From Bradyrhizobium sp. (lineage in GTDB: Bacteria; Pseudomonadota; Alphaproteobacteria; Rhizobiales; Xanthobacteraceae), in contig NZ_DATGFH010000132.1 of assembly GCF_035309285.1 (NCBI RefSeq), positions 12,995 to 76,994 of the forward strand: DNA of 64,000 nt, written 5' to 3'. The position numbers were made by a program, and so were the translations under genes. Every line of letters begins with the position of its first letter. The first letter of the stretch is position 1. Shown one piece after another: positions 36,576 through 49,848 of the stretch. The notes under the pieces were generated by a model, which did not search any database, was not told where the DNA came from, and saw nothing but the letters and a program-made list of their open reading frames with translations.

Positions 36576-37613
36576 ATGGATTACTCCCTCACCTTGGATG
36601 CGTACCTTGGCGGCGCCACCCCGTCTCTCGGGCAAGGAAGCTCTGTCGCAACGGTCATCACCTGCCTCGCCAGTGCGGCAGTTGAGTTGTCCGAACTGAT
36701 CGCGGCCGGACCCCTTTCAGGCATCGACGGGCGCGACAGCGGCACGAACTCCGGCGGCGACCGGCAGATCGACATCGATGTCGAAGCCAACCGCCTGATG
36801 TGCGCCGCGCTGCGCAAGGGCCCGGTCGCGGCGATCGTGTCGGAAGAGACGGAGTTGCCCGAGATTCTCGATTCCGGCGCCGGGTTGTGCGTCGCGATCG
36901 ATCCGCTCGATGGCTCGGCCAACCTCGCCAACAACATTTCCGTCGGAACGATCTTTTCCATCCGCCGCCGCTCGCGCGATGCGCTGTCGACCTTCTTCGA
37001 ACCCGGCACCGCGCAGCAGGCGGCGGGTTGCTTCATCTACGGCCCGCAGACGACGCTGGTGCTCGCCCTTGAGCACAGCGTCGACATCTTCATCCTCGAT
37101 CGACGCTCGCGCGAGTTCGTCCTGATCCGCCGCGGCGTCCGCATCCCCTCCGACACGGCGGAATTCGCCATCAACATGTCCAACCGACGCCACTGGAACG
37201 CGGCGGTCGACGCCTACATCGACCATTGCCTGCTGGGTGCCAGCGGTGAGTACGGCGAGGACTTCAACATGCGCTGGATCGGCTCGCTGGTCGCCGAAGC
37301 CTATCGCATCCTGATGCGCGGCGGCGTGTTTCTCTATCCCGCCGATGCGCGGCGCAACTATCACGAAGGCCGGCTGCGGCTGCTTTACGAAGCGCATCCG
37401 ATGGCGCTGATCATGGAGTGGGCGGGAGGCGCCGCGAGCACGGGGCGCGATCGCATCCTCGACCTGTCGGCAAGAATGCCGCACCAGCGCGCGCCGCTGA
37501 TCATGGGCTCGGCGCGGGCGGTGCGTGACCTCAACCTGCTGCATCAGGGCGTTCAGCCTCTGTACGAGAGCAGCAAGGCGCCGCTGTTTGCGCGGCGCGG
37601 CCTGTTTCTCTGA
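36576..37613 (+). CDS. cbbF: Class 1 fructose-1,6-/sedoheptulose-1,7-bisphosphatase
   Basis: SEET, IDPLDGS, VGTIFSI, YGPQT, INMSN, NMRWIGSLVA, GRLRLLYEAHP. Confidence 0.95.
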   Translation: MDYSLTLDAYLGGATPSLGQGSSVATVITCLASAAVELSELIAAGPLSGIDGRDSGTNSGGDRQIDIDVEANRLMCAALRKGPVAAIVSEETELPEILDSGAGLCVAIDPLDGSANLANNISVGTIFSIRRRSRDALSTFFEPGTAQQAAGCFIYGPQTTLVLALEHSVDIFILDRRSREFVLIRRGVRIPSDTAEFAINMSNRRHWNAAVDAYIDHCLLGASGEYGEDFNMRWIGSLVAEAYRILMRGGVFLYPADARRNYHEGRLRLLYEAHPMALIMEWAGGAASTGRDRILDLSARMPHQRAPLIMGSARAVRDLNLLHQGVQPLYESSKAPLFARRGLFL

Positions 37614-37622
37614 GGTGCACCA

Positions 37623-38498
37623 ATGTCCCGCCGGCATCCCATCATCTCGGTCACAGGCTCTTCCGGCGCCGGCACGACGTCGGTCAAGAAGACCTTCGAG
37701 CAGATCTTTCGCCGCGAGAACGTGACTGCGGCCTTCATCGAAGGCGACGCCTTCCACCGCTATGACCGCGCCGAGATGCGGCAAAAGATGGCGGAGGAGG
37801 CCGAACGCAGCAACAAGCATTTCAGTCATTTCAGCCCCGAGACCAACCTGTTCGAGGAGCTCGCGAAGACTTTTCGCGAGTATGGCGAAACCGGCACGGG
37901 GATGACGCGCCATTACGTCCACGACGCCGAGGAAGCGGCGCTCTATGGTGCCGAACCAGGCACGTTCACGCGCTGGGCGCCGTTGCCGGACAATTCCGAA
38001 CTCCTGTTCTACGAGGGGCTGCACGGCGCCGTCGTCACCGAGAAGGTGAATGTCGCGCAATACGCCGATCTGAAGATCGGAGTCGTGCCGGTGATCAACC
38101 TCGAGTGGATCCAGAAGCTGCATCGCGATCGTTCCGACCGCGGCTACTCGACGGAGGCGGTGACCGACACGATTCTGCGGCGTATGCCCGACTATGTGAA
38201 CTACATCTGCCCGCAGTTCACCGAGACCGACATCAATTTCCAGCGCATCCCGACGGTCGACACATCGAACCCGTTCATCGCGCGGTGGATACCGACCCCG
38301 GATGAATCCATGGTCGTGATTCGCCTCCGAAATCCGCGCGGCATCGACTTCCCCTATCTGCTTTCGATGATCCCGCACAGCTTCATGTCGCGCGCGAACT
38401 CGATCGTAATCCCCGGATCAAAGCTCGACCTGGCGATGCAACTGATCCTCACGCCGCTCATCCTGCAGCTCATCGAACGCAAGAGGCGCTCGCTATGA
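37623..38498 (+). CDS. cbbP: Phosphoribulokinase
   Basis: [46 protein letters not shown]. Confidence 0.97.
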   Translation: MSRRHPIISVTGSSGAGTTSVKKTFEQIFRRENVTAAFIEGDAFHRYDRAEMRQKMAEEAERSNKHFSHFSPETNLFEELAKTFREYGETGTGMTRHYVHDAEEAALYGAEPGTFTRWAPLPDNSELLFYEGLHGAVVTEKVNVAQYADLKIGVVPVINLEWIQKLHRDRSDRGYSTEAVTDTILRRMPDYVNYICPQFTETDINFQRIPTVDTSNPFIARWIPTPDESMVVIRLRNPRGIDFPYLLSMIPHSFMSRANSIVIPGSKLDLAMQLILTPLILQLIERKRRSL

Positions 38499-40543
38499 CG
38501 GTCATGCCCACACCCATCACGACGACAACCGGCTCTCGCCCGCAGCCATCCCTTGTGGCGATGGCAAACGCGGTGCGCTTTCTTGCCGCCGACGCCGTCG
38601 AGAAGGCGAAGTCGGGCCATCCGGGCATGCCGATGGGCATGGCCGATGTCGCAACCGTGCTGTTCTCCCGCTTCCTGAAATTCGACGCCGCGGAGCCGGA
38701 CTGGCCGGATCGCGATCGCCTCGTGCTGTCGGCGGGGCACGGCTCGATGCTGCTCTATGCGCTGCTGCACCTGACCGGCTACAGCGCCATGACACTGGAT
38801 GAGCTGAAGCGCTTTCGCCAGTGGGGCTCGAAAACACCGGGCCATCCCGAATACGGCCATACGCCCGGCGTCGAGACCACCACCGGCCCCCTCGGACAGG
38901 GACTGGCGACCGCGGTCGGCATGGCGCTCGCCGAACGCATGCTGAATGCGCGCTTCGGCGACGACCTGGTCGATCACTTCACCTATGTGATCGCCGGCGA
39001 CGGCTGCCTGATGGAGGGGATCAGCCACGAAGCGATTTCGCTCGCCGGACACCTGAAGCTCTCGCGGCTGATCGTCCTTTATGACGACAATCAGATCACC
39101 ATCGACGGCGCGACATCGCTGTCGTGCTCCGACGATCAGTTGATCCGCTTCCTGGCGTCGGGCTGGTCGGTGCACCGGGTCGACGGCCACGACCATGAGG
39201 CAATCGCGAAGACCATTGCCGAAGAGCGCGAGACCAACCGTCCGTCGCTGATCGTCTGCCGCACCGTGATCGGCTACGGCGCGCCAACGCGCCAGGGCAC
39301 CGAGAAAGTCCACGGCGCGCCACTCGGCAGCGACGAGATCGCCAAAACGCGCGAGGCGCTGCACTGGCCGTACGCGCCATTCGAGGTGCCGGAGGATCTG
39401 CTCGCCCGCTGGCGTGCCGTCGGCGCGCGTGGCCGCGTCGCCCGGCACGGCTGGATGGAGCGCTTCGAGAGGCTGGGCGACTTCGAGCGTGAGCGCCTCG
39501 AGGACGCGCTCAACAGCGAGTTGGGATGCGAGGCCGGCTTTGCGCTCCGCGAGATCGAATCACGCTTCGCCGACGAGCGGCCGAAGATCGCGACCCGCCA
39601 GGCCTCGCAACAGGTGCTTGAGGCGATCACGCAGGCCGCGCCGAACCTGCTCGGCGGCTCGGCCGATCTGACGCACTCCAATCTCACCCTCACGAGGGCC
39701 CAGCAGACGGTCCGGCCCGGCGCCTATGGCGGCAGCTACGTTCACTACGGCATTCGCGAGCACGCGATGGCGGCTGCCATGAACGGCATCGCGCTGCATG
39801 GCGGCTTCGTTCCCTATGGCGGCACGTTCCTCGCCTTCTCCGATTACAGCCGGCCGGCGATTCGTCTTGCGGCGCTGATGGGCCTGCGCGTCATCCATGT
39901 CATGACGCATGATTCGATCGGGCTTGGCGAAGATGGACCGACGCACCAGCCGGTGGAGCATCTGGCCGCGCTGCGCGCGATCCCCAATCTCCTGGTGTTC
40001 CGGCCCGCGGACGCCATCGAGACTGCGCAGGCCTGGGACTGCGCGCTGCGCGCAACGCGACAGCCCTCGATCCTTTGCCTGTCGCGTCAGGCCCTGCCCG
40101 TGCTCGATCGCGATTTCGCGGCCGAAAACCCGCTCGCGTTCGGCGCCTATGTACTGGCAGAGCCGGCAAACGCGCGCGACGTGACCCTGATCGCCACGGG
40201 ATCGGAGGTCGCAATCGCGATGGACGCAGCCGGGCAACTCGGCAAGCGCGGCATCGCCGCCGCGGTCGTCTCAGCGCCCTGCTTCGAGCTGTTTGCCAAG
40301 CAGGACGGAGCCTATCGCGCGAAAGTGCTTGGGGGCGCGCCGCGCATCGGTATCGAGGCCGCGGTCGAAGGCGCGTGGGCGCGCTTTCTCGGCGATGACG
40401 GTGCATTCGTCGGCATGACCGGCTTCGGAGCGTCCGCGCCGGCCGGCGAGCTTTATGCGCAATTCGGCATCACGGCCGAGGCGGTCGTCGCGGCCGCGGA
40501 GCGCGCAATCGAGCGCGTCAAGGCGCAGTCGGCTGCCGCCTGA
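38495..40543 (+). CDS. cbbT: Transketolase
   Basis: [62 protein letters not shown]. Confidence 0.97.
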   Translation: MTVMPTPITTTTGSRPQPSLVAMANAVRFLAADAVEKAKSGHPGMPMGMADVATVLFSRFLKFDAAEPDWPDRDRLVLSAGHGSMLLYALLHLTGYSAMTLDELKRFRQWGSKTPGHPEYGHTPGVETTTGPLGQGLATAVGMALAERMLNARFGDDLVDHFTYVIAGDGCLMEGISHEAISLAGHLKLSRLIVLYDDNQITIDGATSLSCSDDQLIRFLASGWSVHRVDGHDHEAIAKTIAEERETNRPSLIVCRTVIGYGAPTRQGTEKVHGAPLGSDEIAKTREALHWPYAPFEVPEDLLARWRAVGARGRVARHGWMERFERLGDFERERLEDALNSELGCEAGFALREIESRFADERPKIATRQASQQVLEAITQAAPNLLGGSADLTHSNLTLTRAQQTVRPGAYGGSYVHYGIREHAMAAAMNGIALHGGFVPYGGTFLAFSDYSRPAIRLAALMGLRVIHVMTHDSIGLGEDGPTHQPVEHLAALRAIPNLLVFRPADAIETAQAWDCALRATRQPSILCLSRQALPVLDRDFAAENPLAFGAYVLAEPANARDVTLIATGSEVAIAMDAAGQLGKRGIAAAVVSAPCFELFAKQDGAYRAKVLGGAPRIGIEAAVEGAWARFLGDDGAFVGMTGFGASAPAGELYAQFGITAEAVVAAAERAIERVKAQSAAA

Positions 40544-40581
40544 CATTCAAACCGAAGAGCCACCGCATCCGGAGATAACAA

Positions 40582-43153
<2,572 letters not shown>

Positions 43154-43165
43154 AAGGTCAAAGCC

Positions 43166-43588
43166 ATGCGTATAACCCAGGGCTGTTTCTCGTTCCTTCC
43201 CGACCTGACCGACGATCAGATCAAGAGCCAGGTCCAATACTGCCTCGACAAGGGCTGGGCGGTGAACATCGAGTTCACCGACGACCCGCATCCCCGCAAC
43301 ACCTATTGGGAGATGTGGGGACTACCCATGTTCGACCTGCGCGATGCCGCGGGCATCATGAAGGAGCTCGCCGACTGCCGGCGCGTCTATGGCGATCGCT
43401 ACATCCGTCTTTCCGGTTTCGACTCCTCGCACGGCTGGGAGTCGGTCCGCATCTCCTTCATCGTGAACCGGCCGAAAGAGGAGCCTGGCTTCCGGCTCGA
43501 GCGGCAGGAGGCGGCCGGCCGCAACATCCGCTACAGCACACGCGCCTACGCAACCGAGCACCCGGAAGGCGAGCGCTATCAATCCTGA
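43166..43588 (+). CDS. cbbS: RuBisCO small subunit, red type
   Basis: [26 protein letters not shown] and a long C-terminal beta-hairpin typical of red-type small subunits. Confidence 0.97.
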   Translation: MRITQGCFSFLPDLTDDQIKSQVQYCLDKGWAVNIEFTDDPHPRNTYWEMWGLPMFDLRDAAGIMKELADCRRVYGDRYIRLSGFDSSHGWESVRISFIVNRPKEEPGFRLERQEAAGRNIRYSTRAYATEHPEGERYQS

Positions 43589-43608
43589 CGCGTTGGGTCG
43601 GAGAGACC

Positions 43609-44556
43609 ATGGCTCATTCCAATCTGCAAGCCGTGCCGAGTGACGTCCCGCGAGAGGAGGTCCCCTCCTCCGTCGATCTCAGGCGCGAGTTCGAGACGGT
43701 CGACATCGCCTCGATCCTGGCGCAGCTCGACCGCGAGTTGATCGGCCTCGTTCCGGTCAAGACCCGGATTCGCGAGATCGCCTCGCTGCTGCTGGTCGAG
43801 CGCATCCGCCGGAAGATGTCGCTTGCAAGCACATATCCCACGCTTCACATGTCCTTCACCGGCAATCCCGGCACCGGCAAGACCACGGTGGCGCTGCGGA
43901 TGGCCGGCATCCTGCATCGGCTCGGCTTCGTCCGCCGCGGTCACGTCATCAACGTGACGCGGGACGATCTCGTCGGCCAGTACATCGGCCACACCGCCCC
44001 GAAGACCAAGGAGATCCTGAAGAAAGCGATGGGCGGCGTGCTGTTCATCGACGAGGCCTATTACCTCTACCGTCCCGAGAACGAGCGCGACTACGGACAG
44101 GAGGCGATCGAGATCCTGCTCCAGGTGATGGAGTCCCAGCGCGAGGATCTGGTCGTGATCCTCGCGGGCTATACCGATCGCATGGAGCGGTTCTTCCGCT
44201 CCAATCCCGGCTTCCGCTCGCGCATCGCCCATCACGTCGATTTCCCCGACTATACCGATGCGGAGCTGCTGGCGATTGCCGAGCTGATGCTGGCCGAACA
44301 GAACTACCGGCTTTCACCTGATGCACGCGAGGCGTTCATTCGCTACATCGCGCTGCGCAAGGCCCAACCCTTGTTCTCCAACGCGCGCTCGATCCGCAAT
44401 GCGCTCGACCGCATCCGGCTGCGACAGGCGAACCGGCTGGTATCGAACCTTGACCGCATCCTCACCAGCGACGAGCTGACGTCGATCGAAGCCGGCGACG
44501 TCCTGGCAAGCCGCGTTTTCTCGGGAGGGTCGGATAACCCGGCGAGACAATCATGA
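43609..44556 (+). CDS. cbbX: Red-type RuBisCO activase CbbX (AAA+)
   Basis: [57 protein letters not shown] 43609 follows GGAG. Confidence 0.96.
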   Translation: MAHSNLQAVPSDVPREEVPSSVDLRREFETVDIASILAQLDRELIGLVPVKTRIREIASLLLVERIRRKMSLASTYPTLHMSFTGNPGTGKTTVALRMAGILHRLGFVRRGHVINVTRDDLVGQYIGHTAPKTKEILKKAMGGVLFIDEAYYLYRPENERDYGQEAIEILLQVMESQREDLVVILAGYTDRMERFFRSNPGFRSRIAHHVDFPDYTDAELLAIAELMLAEQNYRLSPDAREAFIRYIALRKAQPLFSNARSIRNALDRIRLRQANRLVSNLDRILTSDELTSIEAGDVLASRVFSGGSDNPARQS

Positions 44557-45275
44557 ACGCCATCCTGCCTCTTGGAATTTCGCGCCCCTCCCGCCTGAAG
44601 GATCGGATCGCGCAGGCCGATGCCCTGATCTTCGACGTCGACGGCACCCTCGCCGAGACCGAAGGCATTCATCGCCGCGCCTTCAATGCCGCATTTCTCG
44701 AACATGGTATCGAGTGGTATTGGGATCGCGGCACCTACAGGAAACTGCTGCGCGTTGCCGGCGGCAAGGAGCGGCTGCGCGCATACGCGAAAACGCAACT
44801 GCCGCCTTATCGATATTCGGAAACGCAGCTTGCGGAGGTACACCAGAGGAAGACCCGGCATTATGCCCGCCTGATGGCGCAGCACACGTGCCGGCTGCGG
44901 CCCGGCGTCGAGGCCTTCATCCACGCGGCCATCGCCCGCCGCCAGCGGCTTGCGATTGCGACCACCACCACGTTCGGCAACGTGGAGAAGCTTTTGTCGG
45001 GCACCCTCGGCCAGCAGTGGCGAAACCTGTTTGCGGCTGTCGTTGCCGGCGACGAGGTCGCGCGCAAGAAGCCGGCGCCCGATGTCTATCTCGAGGTGCT
45101 GGCAAGACTCGGGCGCCCCCCGAGCGACTGCCTCGCCATCGAGGATTCCGCCAACGGCCTGAAGTCCGCCGCTGCCGCCGGTGTTCCCGTGCTCATTACC
45201 CGCAGTGAGTATTTCCGCGACGAAGATTTCTCATCGGCGCTTGCGGTCGTCGACGAGCTCACGCAGGTTGCTTAG
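44553..45275 (+). CDS. cbbY: HAD-IA hydrolase, CbbY-like (xylulose-1,5-bisphosphate phosphatase)
   Basis: [49 protein letters not shown]; ATGA-coupled to cbbX. Confidence 0.88.
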   Translation: MNAILPLGISRPSRLKDRIAQADALIFDVDGTLAETEGIHRRAFNAAFLEHGIEWYWDRGTYRKLLRVAGGKERLRAYAKTQLPPYRYSETQLAEVHQRKTRHYARLMAQHTCRLRPGVEAFIHAAIARRQRLAIATTTTFGNVEKLLSGTLGQQWRNLFAAVVAGDEVARKKPAPDVYLEVLARLGRPPSDCLAIEDSANGLKSAAAAGVPVLITRSEYFRDEDFSSALAVVDELTQVA

Positions 45276-45463
45276 ACCTCGGTGTTGGCGCCATCCGGCT
45301 GAGGCGTCGACGAGCCACGGCATCCCGGCATGGCTTCGCCTCGGCCGTGGCCGTTGATCGCATCCTCCGTTACGATACGCTCCGATAACAAGGCTCCCAT
45401 TGCGCCCAGACCGAAGTGGGGCGTAGTCGAACGACGCGGGAGCGAACCTTCGGAGGAACGGCG

Positions 45464-46462
45464 ATGGAGTTGCGGGTCTTTGGGCGCACGGGAATGCAGC
45501 TCTCGGTGCTGGGTTTCGGCTGCGGCGCGGTCGGCGGATTGATGGTGCGCGGCGACGCCGCCGACCAGGAGCGCACCGTTGCAAAGGCGCTCGCCGCCGG
45601 CGTGAACTATTTCGACACCGCAGTGCAATACGGCAACGGCGAATCGGAAAAGAACCTGGGCCGCGTTCTGCGAAAGCTGAAACCGGCCAATGCGATCGTC
45701 GGCACCAAGGTCAGGCTGCCGCCCAACGACTACGGCCGCATTGCCGGTGCGGTCACCACCTCGCTCGAAGGCAGTCTCTCGCGGCTCGGTCTTGACCACG
45801 TCGACATCTTTCACCTGCACAACGCGATCGCCGAGACAGAAAGCGAATCGGCGCTGAGCGTCAAACAGGTGCTGGGCGAGGTCGTGCCGGTCTTCGAGCG
45901 GCTGCGTCAGCAGGGCAAGACCCGTTTCCTCGGGATCACAGCCGTGGGCGACACGGCGGCGCTGCAGCAGGTGATCGATTCTCGTGCCTTCGACAGCGCC
46001 CAGGTCGTCTACAATATGCTCAATCCATCTGCTGCCGAGGCCTTGCCGCCAAACTATCCGGCACAGGATTATGGACGGCTGTTCGATTCTACCCAGAGAG
46101 CCGGCGTCGGCGTGATCGGCATTCGCGTGCTGGCCGGCGGCGCATTGTCGGGCTCGGCCGAGCGTCACCCGATCGCGAGCCCGGCGCCCGAGCCAATCGG
46201 CTCAGCGATGAGCTACGATGCCGATCTTGATCGCGCGCGCCGGCTCATGCCGCTGGTGAAGGAGGGGTTCGACGCAAACCTGACCGAAGCCGCCACGCGG
46301 TTTGCGCTGTCGCATCCGGCGATGGGCACGATCCTGGTCGGCATCGCGACGCCGCAACAATTCGATGACGCGCTCGCCGCAGTCGAAAAGGGTCCGCTGC
46401 CGAACGCGGCGCTCGACCGGCTGTCGGCACTGCGGCAAGCATTTTCCGGCGAACCGCGGTGA
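45464..46462 (+). CDS. Aldo/keto reductase
   Basis: LSVLGFGCG, NYFDTAVQYG.GESE, IVGTK, DIFHLHN; GGAGG RBS. Confidence 0.9.
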   Translation: MELRVFGRTGMQLSVLGFGCGAVGGLMVRGDAADQERTVAKALAAGVNYFDTAVQYGNGESEKNLGRVLRKLKPANAIVGTKVRLPPNDYGRIAGAVTTSLEGSLSRLGLDHVDIFHLHNAIAETESESALSVKQVLGEVVPVFERLRQQGKTRFLGITAVGDTAALQQVIDSRAFDSAQVVYNMLNPSAAEALPPNYPAQDYGRLFDSTQRAGVGVIGIRVLAGGALSGSAERHPIASPAPEPIGSAMSYDADLDRARRLMPLVKEGFDANLTEAATRFALSHPAMGTILVGIATPQQFDDALAAVEKGPLPNAALDRLSALRQAFSGEPR

Positions 46463-46507
46463 AATGGCCGCCGAATCGTCCCGACCCGGCGGCCATCGGG
46501 CATTTCA

Positions 46508-47839
46508 TCAAGGCCTGTTGTGCTCCTCGGAAATGTCCTTGTTGGTGTAGTCGGGCATCATCGCGGTCGAGATGATGCTGACGACGGCGCAGAATGCAAT
46601 GTAACCCGCGATCGCGTAGCCGGATCCGGTCGCCGCGAGCAGCGCTGTAGCGATCAGCGGCGCTGGGCCGCCCGCGATGACCGAGGCGAGCTGGTAGCCG
46701 ATCGAGCAGCCGCTGTAGCGCAGCCGCGGGGTGAAGCATTCGGCAATCAACGCCGCCTGCGGGCCATACATCAAGTCATGCGGGACAAATGAGAGCATGA
46801 TCGCGATGAAAACCAGCACGGGCATTGCCGTGTTCATCATGGCGAAATAGGCAAAGCCGAACAGTCCGGTCAGGACCGAACCGATCAAGTACATGCGCTT
46901 GCGCCCGATCCGATCCGACAAGTATCCGGCGAACGGAACCGTGAAGAGCGACAGGACGCCGGCCAAAATCAGACAGATGAGCAGGAAGTCGCGATCCTGA
47001 TGGATGACCTGGGTGCCGTAGGCGAAGACGAAGGCCAGGTAGATGTAAGCCGGCGCCTGCTCGGCCATCCGCGCCAGCGCCGACAGGATGATCGACCGCG
47101 GCTGCTGCTTGATCACCTCGATGACCGGGACCCGCGCGACGCGGTTTTCGGCCACGATGCGCCGGAATGTCGGCGTCTCCATGATGCCGAGCCGGATGTA
47201 GAGCCCGATGGCGATCATCACGATCGAGAGCAGGAACGGGATACGCCAACCCCAGACCAGGAACTGGTCGCCGGAAACGCGGCTGAACACGAGCACCGCG
47301 ATGTTGGCCAACAGCAGCCCGGCCGGAGCACCGAACTGCGGCCAGGAGGCGATGAAGCCGCGATGCTGGTTGGTCCGCGCCCACTCCATCGACAGCAGCA
47401 CCGAGCCGCCCCACTCGCCGCCGACGCCGACGCCCTGGATGAAGCGGATGATGGTCAGGATGACAGCACCCCAGATACCGATCTGACTATAGGTGGGGAC
47501 AAGGCCGACCGCCGCCGTGGCAATCCCGGTCAATAGCAATGTGGCGATCAGCGCGCCCTTGCGGCCGAGGCGGTCGCCGTAGTGGCCAAAGATCGCGGCG
47601 CCGATCGGCCGGGCGATGAAACCCACGGTGTAGACGGCGAACGCTTCCAGCACCCCAACCAGCGGATCGGACTTGGGAAAGAACAGCTTGCCGAAGACAA
47701 GGCCGGTGACCGTGCTGTAGAGCAGGAAATCGTACCATTCGATGCAGGTGCCCACCGTGCTCGCGATCATTGCGCGGCGCAGTTGCGACTGATGTTCGGC
47801 TTCCGGCAATGGGCCGGCCGTGATGTCCAATGCTGTCAT
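46508..47839 (-). CDS. MFS transporter, metabolite:H+ symporter (MHS/ShiA-like) family
   Basis: STVGTCIEWYDF, ARPIGAAIFGHYGDRLGRK, QGVGVGGEWGG, WGWRIPFL, RYSG.SIGYQ. Confidence 0.92.
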   Translation of the reverse strand: MTALDITAGPLPEAEHQSQLRRAMIASTVGTCIEWYDFLLYSTVTGLVFGKLFFPKSDPLVGVLEAFAVYTVGFIARPIGAAIFGHYGDRLGRKGALIATLLLTGIATAAVGLVPTYSQIGIWGAVILTIIRFIQGVGVGGEWGGSVLLSMEWARTNQHRGFIASWPQFGAPAGLLLANIAVLVFSRVSGDQFLVWGWRIPFLLSIVMIAIGLYIRLGIMETPTFRRIVAENRVARVPVIEVIKQQPRSIILSALARMAEQAPAYIYLAFVFAYGTQVIHQDRDFLLICLILAGVLSLFTVPFAGYLSDRIGRKRMYLIGSVLTGLFGFAYFAMMNTAMPVLVFIAIMLSFVPHDLMYGPQAALIAECFTPRLRYSGCSIGYQLASVIAGGPAPLIATALLAATGSGYAIAGYIAFCAVVSIISTAMMPDYTNKDISEEHNRP

Positions 47840-48193
47840 TCTGACCCTCCTGGGCCCGCATCGATCGGGCGCCGTCTGGAATTCGTTTCGCTCACCGTCC
47901 ACGGCCGTGGAGGTGATTCCCCAGTCAGTTTTTTGTTTGGTTGGGACGACGCCGTCATTGCGCGCACGTCGTGCCCATGCCGGCTGCGGGAAAAGCCAGT
48001 TCTCGATAGCGAACGGCACCAACCGTTCGCCATTGCGGGAGTGGACATCCCTAATGACACGGTCTTCCGAAGCAAAAATCTAGTTACCCGATCGGCAGGG
48101 TAAATTCTACCTTGGTCTGCGAAATCCTGCTGTCGAGCTTCGTCGATCGCATCAAAGCAGTGGATTGTTGCTGTGCATCATGGCCGCCTTGGA

Positions 48194-48583
48194 TCAAAGG
48201 GCCTTCAATTGAGACTTGGCGGCTTGATCACCTGCAGCAAGGCGCCGTGCCTCTCGGGCGAGAATATGGCCGGCGTCAAGAGACCTGATCGGTGTGGCAA
48301 GATCGCGTGGAATATCTCCGGCGAGCTGCAGCATCAGATACCGGCCGCAGCACACTCGCAGGAACGAGGAAAAGTTCTCCACACTTCCTTGATCCTCTAA
48401 TAGTTCGTCGTGCAGGCGGTCCAGGAGCTGAGACAGCGTCATGCCATCGCGCGCTGCGATCTCCTTCAGAATTCGCCAGTACAAATTCTCCAGGCGAACG
48501 CTGGTGGAGAAGCCGCGCATGCGCACGGATTTCAAATGAGTCTCCCAGAGCTCCGGATCCGCGTTGACAAAAAGCCTGCACAT
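48194..48583 (-). CDS. Ribbon-helix-helix domain-containing protein
   Basis: MCRLFVNADP.LW....KSVRMRGFSTSVRLENLYW.IL.EIA.RDG, NFSSFLRVCC; AGGAGG RBS upstream; adjacent to DJ-1/PfpI gene. Confidence 0.8.
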   Translation of the reverse strand: MCRLFVNADPELWETHLKSVRMRGFSTSVRLENLYWRILKEIAARDGMTLSQLLDRLHDELLEDQGSVENFSSFLRVCCGRYLMLQLAGDIPRDLATPIRSLDAGHILAREARRLAAGDQAAKSQLKAL

Positions 48584-48690
48584 CGGACGACCTCCTGAGA
48601 CTTCGGCAACTCGGCCGGCGGTCAGCTTATCATTCCGCTCGGCGATTGCACGCAAAGGACCGTCTTTGCAGCGCGTCGCAGGGCGGAACG

Positions 48691-49293
48691 CTATGCAGCG
48701 CGGCGCTGGCTGGAATGGCTGATCGTCGTCCCCAACACAGCAAGGAATTGCGCCAGCCAGGCCGGATGAGCCGGCCAGGCCGGCGCGCTGACCAGATTGC
48801 GATCGGTCACGGCGCCGTCGATCGGGACGTCGGCGTAAATGCCGCCGGCCAGCTCGACTTCGACGCGACAAGCCGGATAGGCCGAGCAGGTGCGTCCCTT
48901 CAAGACGCCTGCCCCGGCAAGAAGCTGCGCGGCGTGGCAGATGGCGGCTACGGGCTTTTCAGCAGCGAAGAAATGCCTGACGATCTCGATCACCCGCGCA
49001 TCGGTGCGGAGATATTCGGGCGCGCGGCCGCCCGGGATAACAAGTGCGTCGTAACTTGAAGGATCGATCTCCGCAAACGTCGCATTCAGCGCGAAATTGT
49101 GTCCGCGCTTTTCGGAGTAGGTCTGTTGCCCCTCGAAATCGTGGATCGATGTTGCGATGGTGTCACCTGCGGCCTTGCCGGGACAGGCGGCATGAACCGT
49201 ATAGCCGACGGCGAGCAGCGTCTGAAACGGAACCATCGTCTCATAGTCCTCGCCAAAATCACCAACGATCATCAGAATGCGATGTCCGCTCAT
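48691..49293 (-). CDS. DJ-1/PfpI family protein
   Basis: [34 protein letters not shown], nucleophile [13 protein letters not shown]. Confidence 0.93.
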   Translation of the reverse strand: MSGHRILMIVGDFGEDYETMVPFQTLLAVGYTVHAACPGKAAGDTIATSIHDFEGQQTYSEKRGHNFALNATFAEIDPSSYDALVIPGGRAPEYLRTDARVIEIVRHFFAAEKPVAAICHAAQLLAGAGVLKGRTCSAYPACRVEVELAGGIYADVPIDGAVTDRNLVSAPAWPAHPAWLAQFLAVLGTTISHSSQRRAA

Positions 49294-49419
49294 GCATCAT
49301 CCTCCCTCATGTGTGGCGCCGAGCCCATTTTCAGGCCCGGTGGAAGGATAGAGCAGGGCGGCAAAGTCCGGGTGTTAACCCGTTAACGCAGAGATCGCGA
49401 CTCGCAGCATCCTGGTTTG

Positions 49420-49827
49420 CTATTTTGCGCGCGCGGCACGCTCTTTCTCAACGCGCTCCGTGACGTCGCGCGCCATCGCAACGGAGCCCATCACTTCGCC
49501 TCCCGCGCCGCTTTTCACGAGCGCAAAGGTGAGCTCGACGTAGAGCTTGCGTCCGCTTTTGTGTTGCGCACGCGTGAGCGTCGGACGGCCCTGGAGCTTC
49601 AAGGCACCGCTGGTCATCGCCGCATCGAATCCTCGCCAATGCGCAGCGCGCAGATGCTCGGGAATGATGAGATCAAGGTTCGCGCCAATGGCTTCCTGCG
49701 GCGAGTAGCCGAACAGCTCGGTTGAAGCCTGGTTCCAACGCGTTATCGTTCCCGAACGATCCGCAAAGATGACGGCATCTGCGACTTGATCGAGAATCAT
49801 CTCGGCCAGTTCGGGTCGATCTTTCAT
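49420..49827 (-). CDS. Stand-alone PAS domain protein
   Basis: DAVIFADRSGTITRWNQAS.ELFGYSPQEAIG.NLDLIIPE, HKSG, SVAMARDVTER; no output domain. Confidence 0.88.
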   Translation of the reverse strand: MKDRPELAEMILDQVADAVIFADRSGTITRWNQASTELFGYSPQEAIGANLDLIIPEHLRAAHWRGFDAAMTSGALKLQGRPTLTRAQHKSGRKLYVELTFALVKSGAGGEVMGSVAMARDVTERVEKERAARAK

Positions 49828-49848
49828 GGAAGCACCTCCGGAGTGAGC

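Noticed and set aside
48012-48033. Hairpin GCGAACGG-CACCAA-CCGTTCGC upstream of the MFS gene as a riboswitch or ncRNA
   Set aside because: It is a single 8-bp stem with no recognisable aptamer; more likely a terminator or chance.
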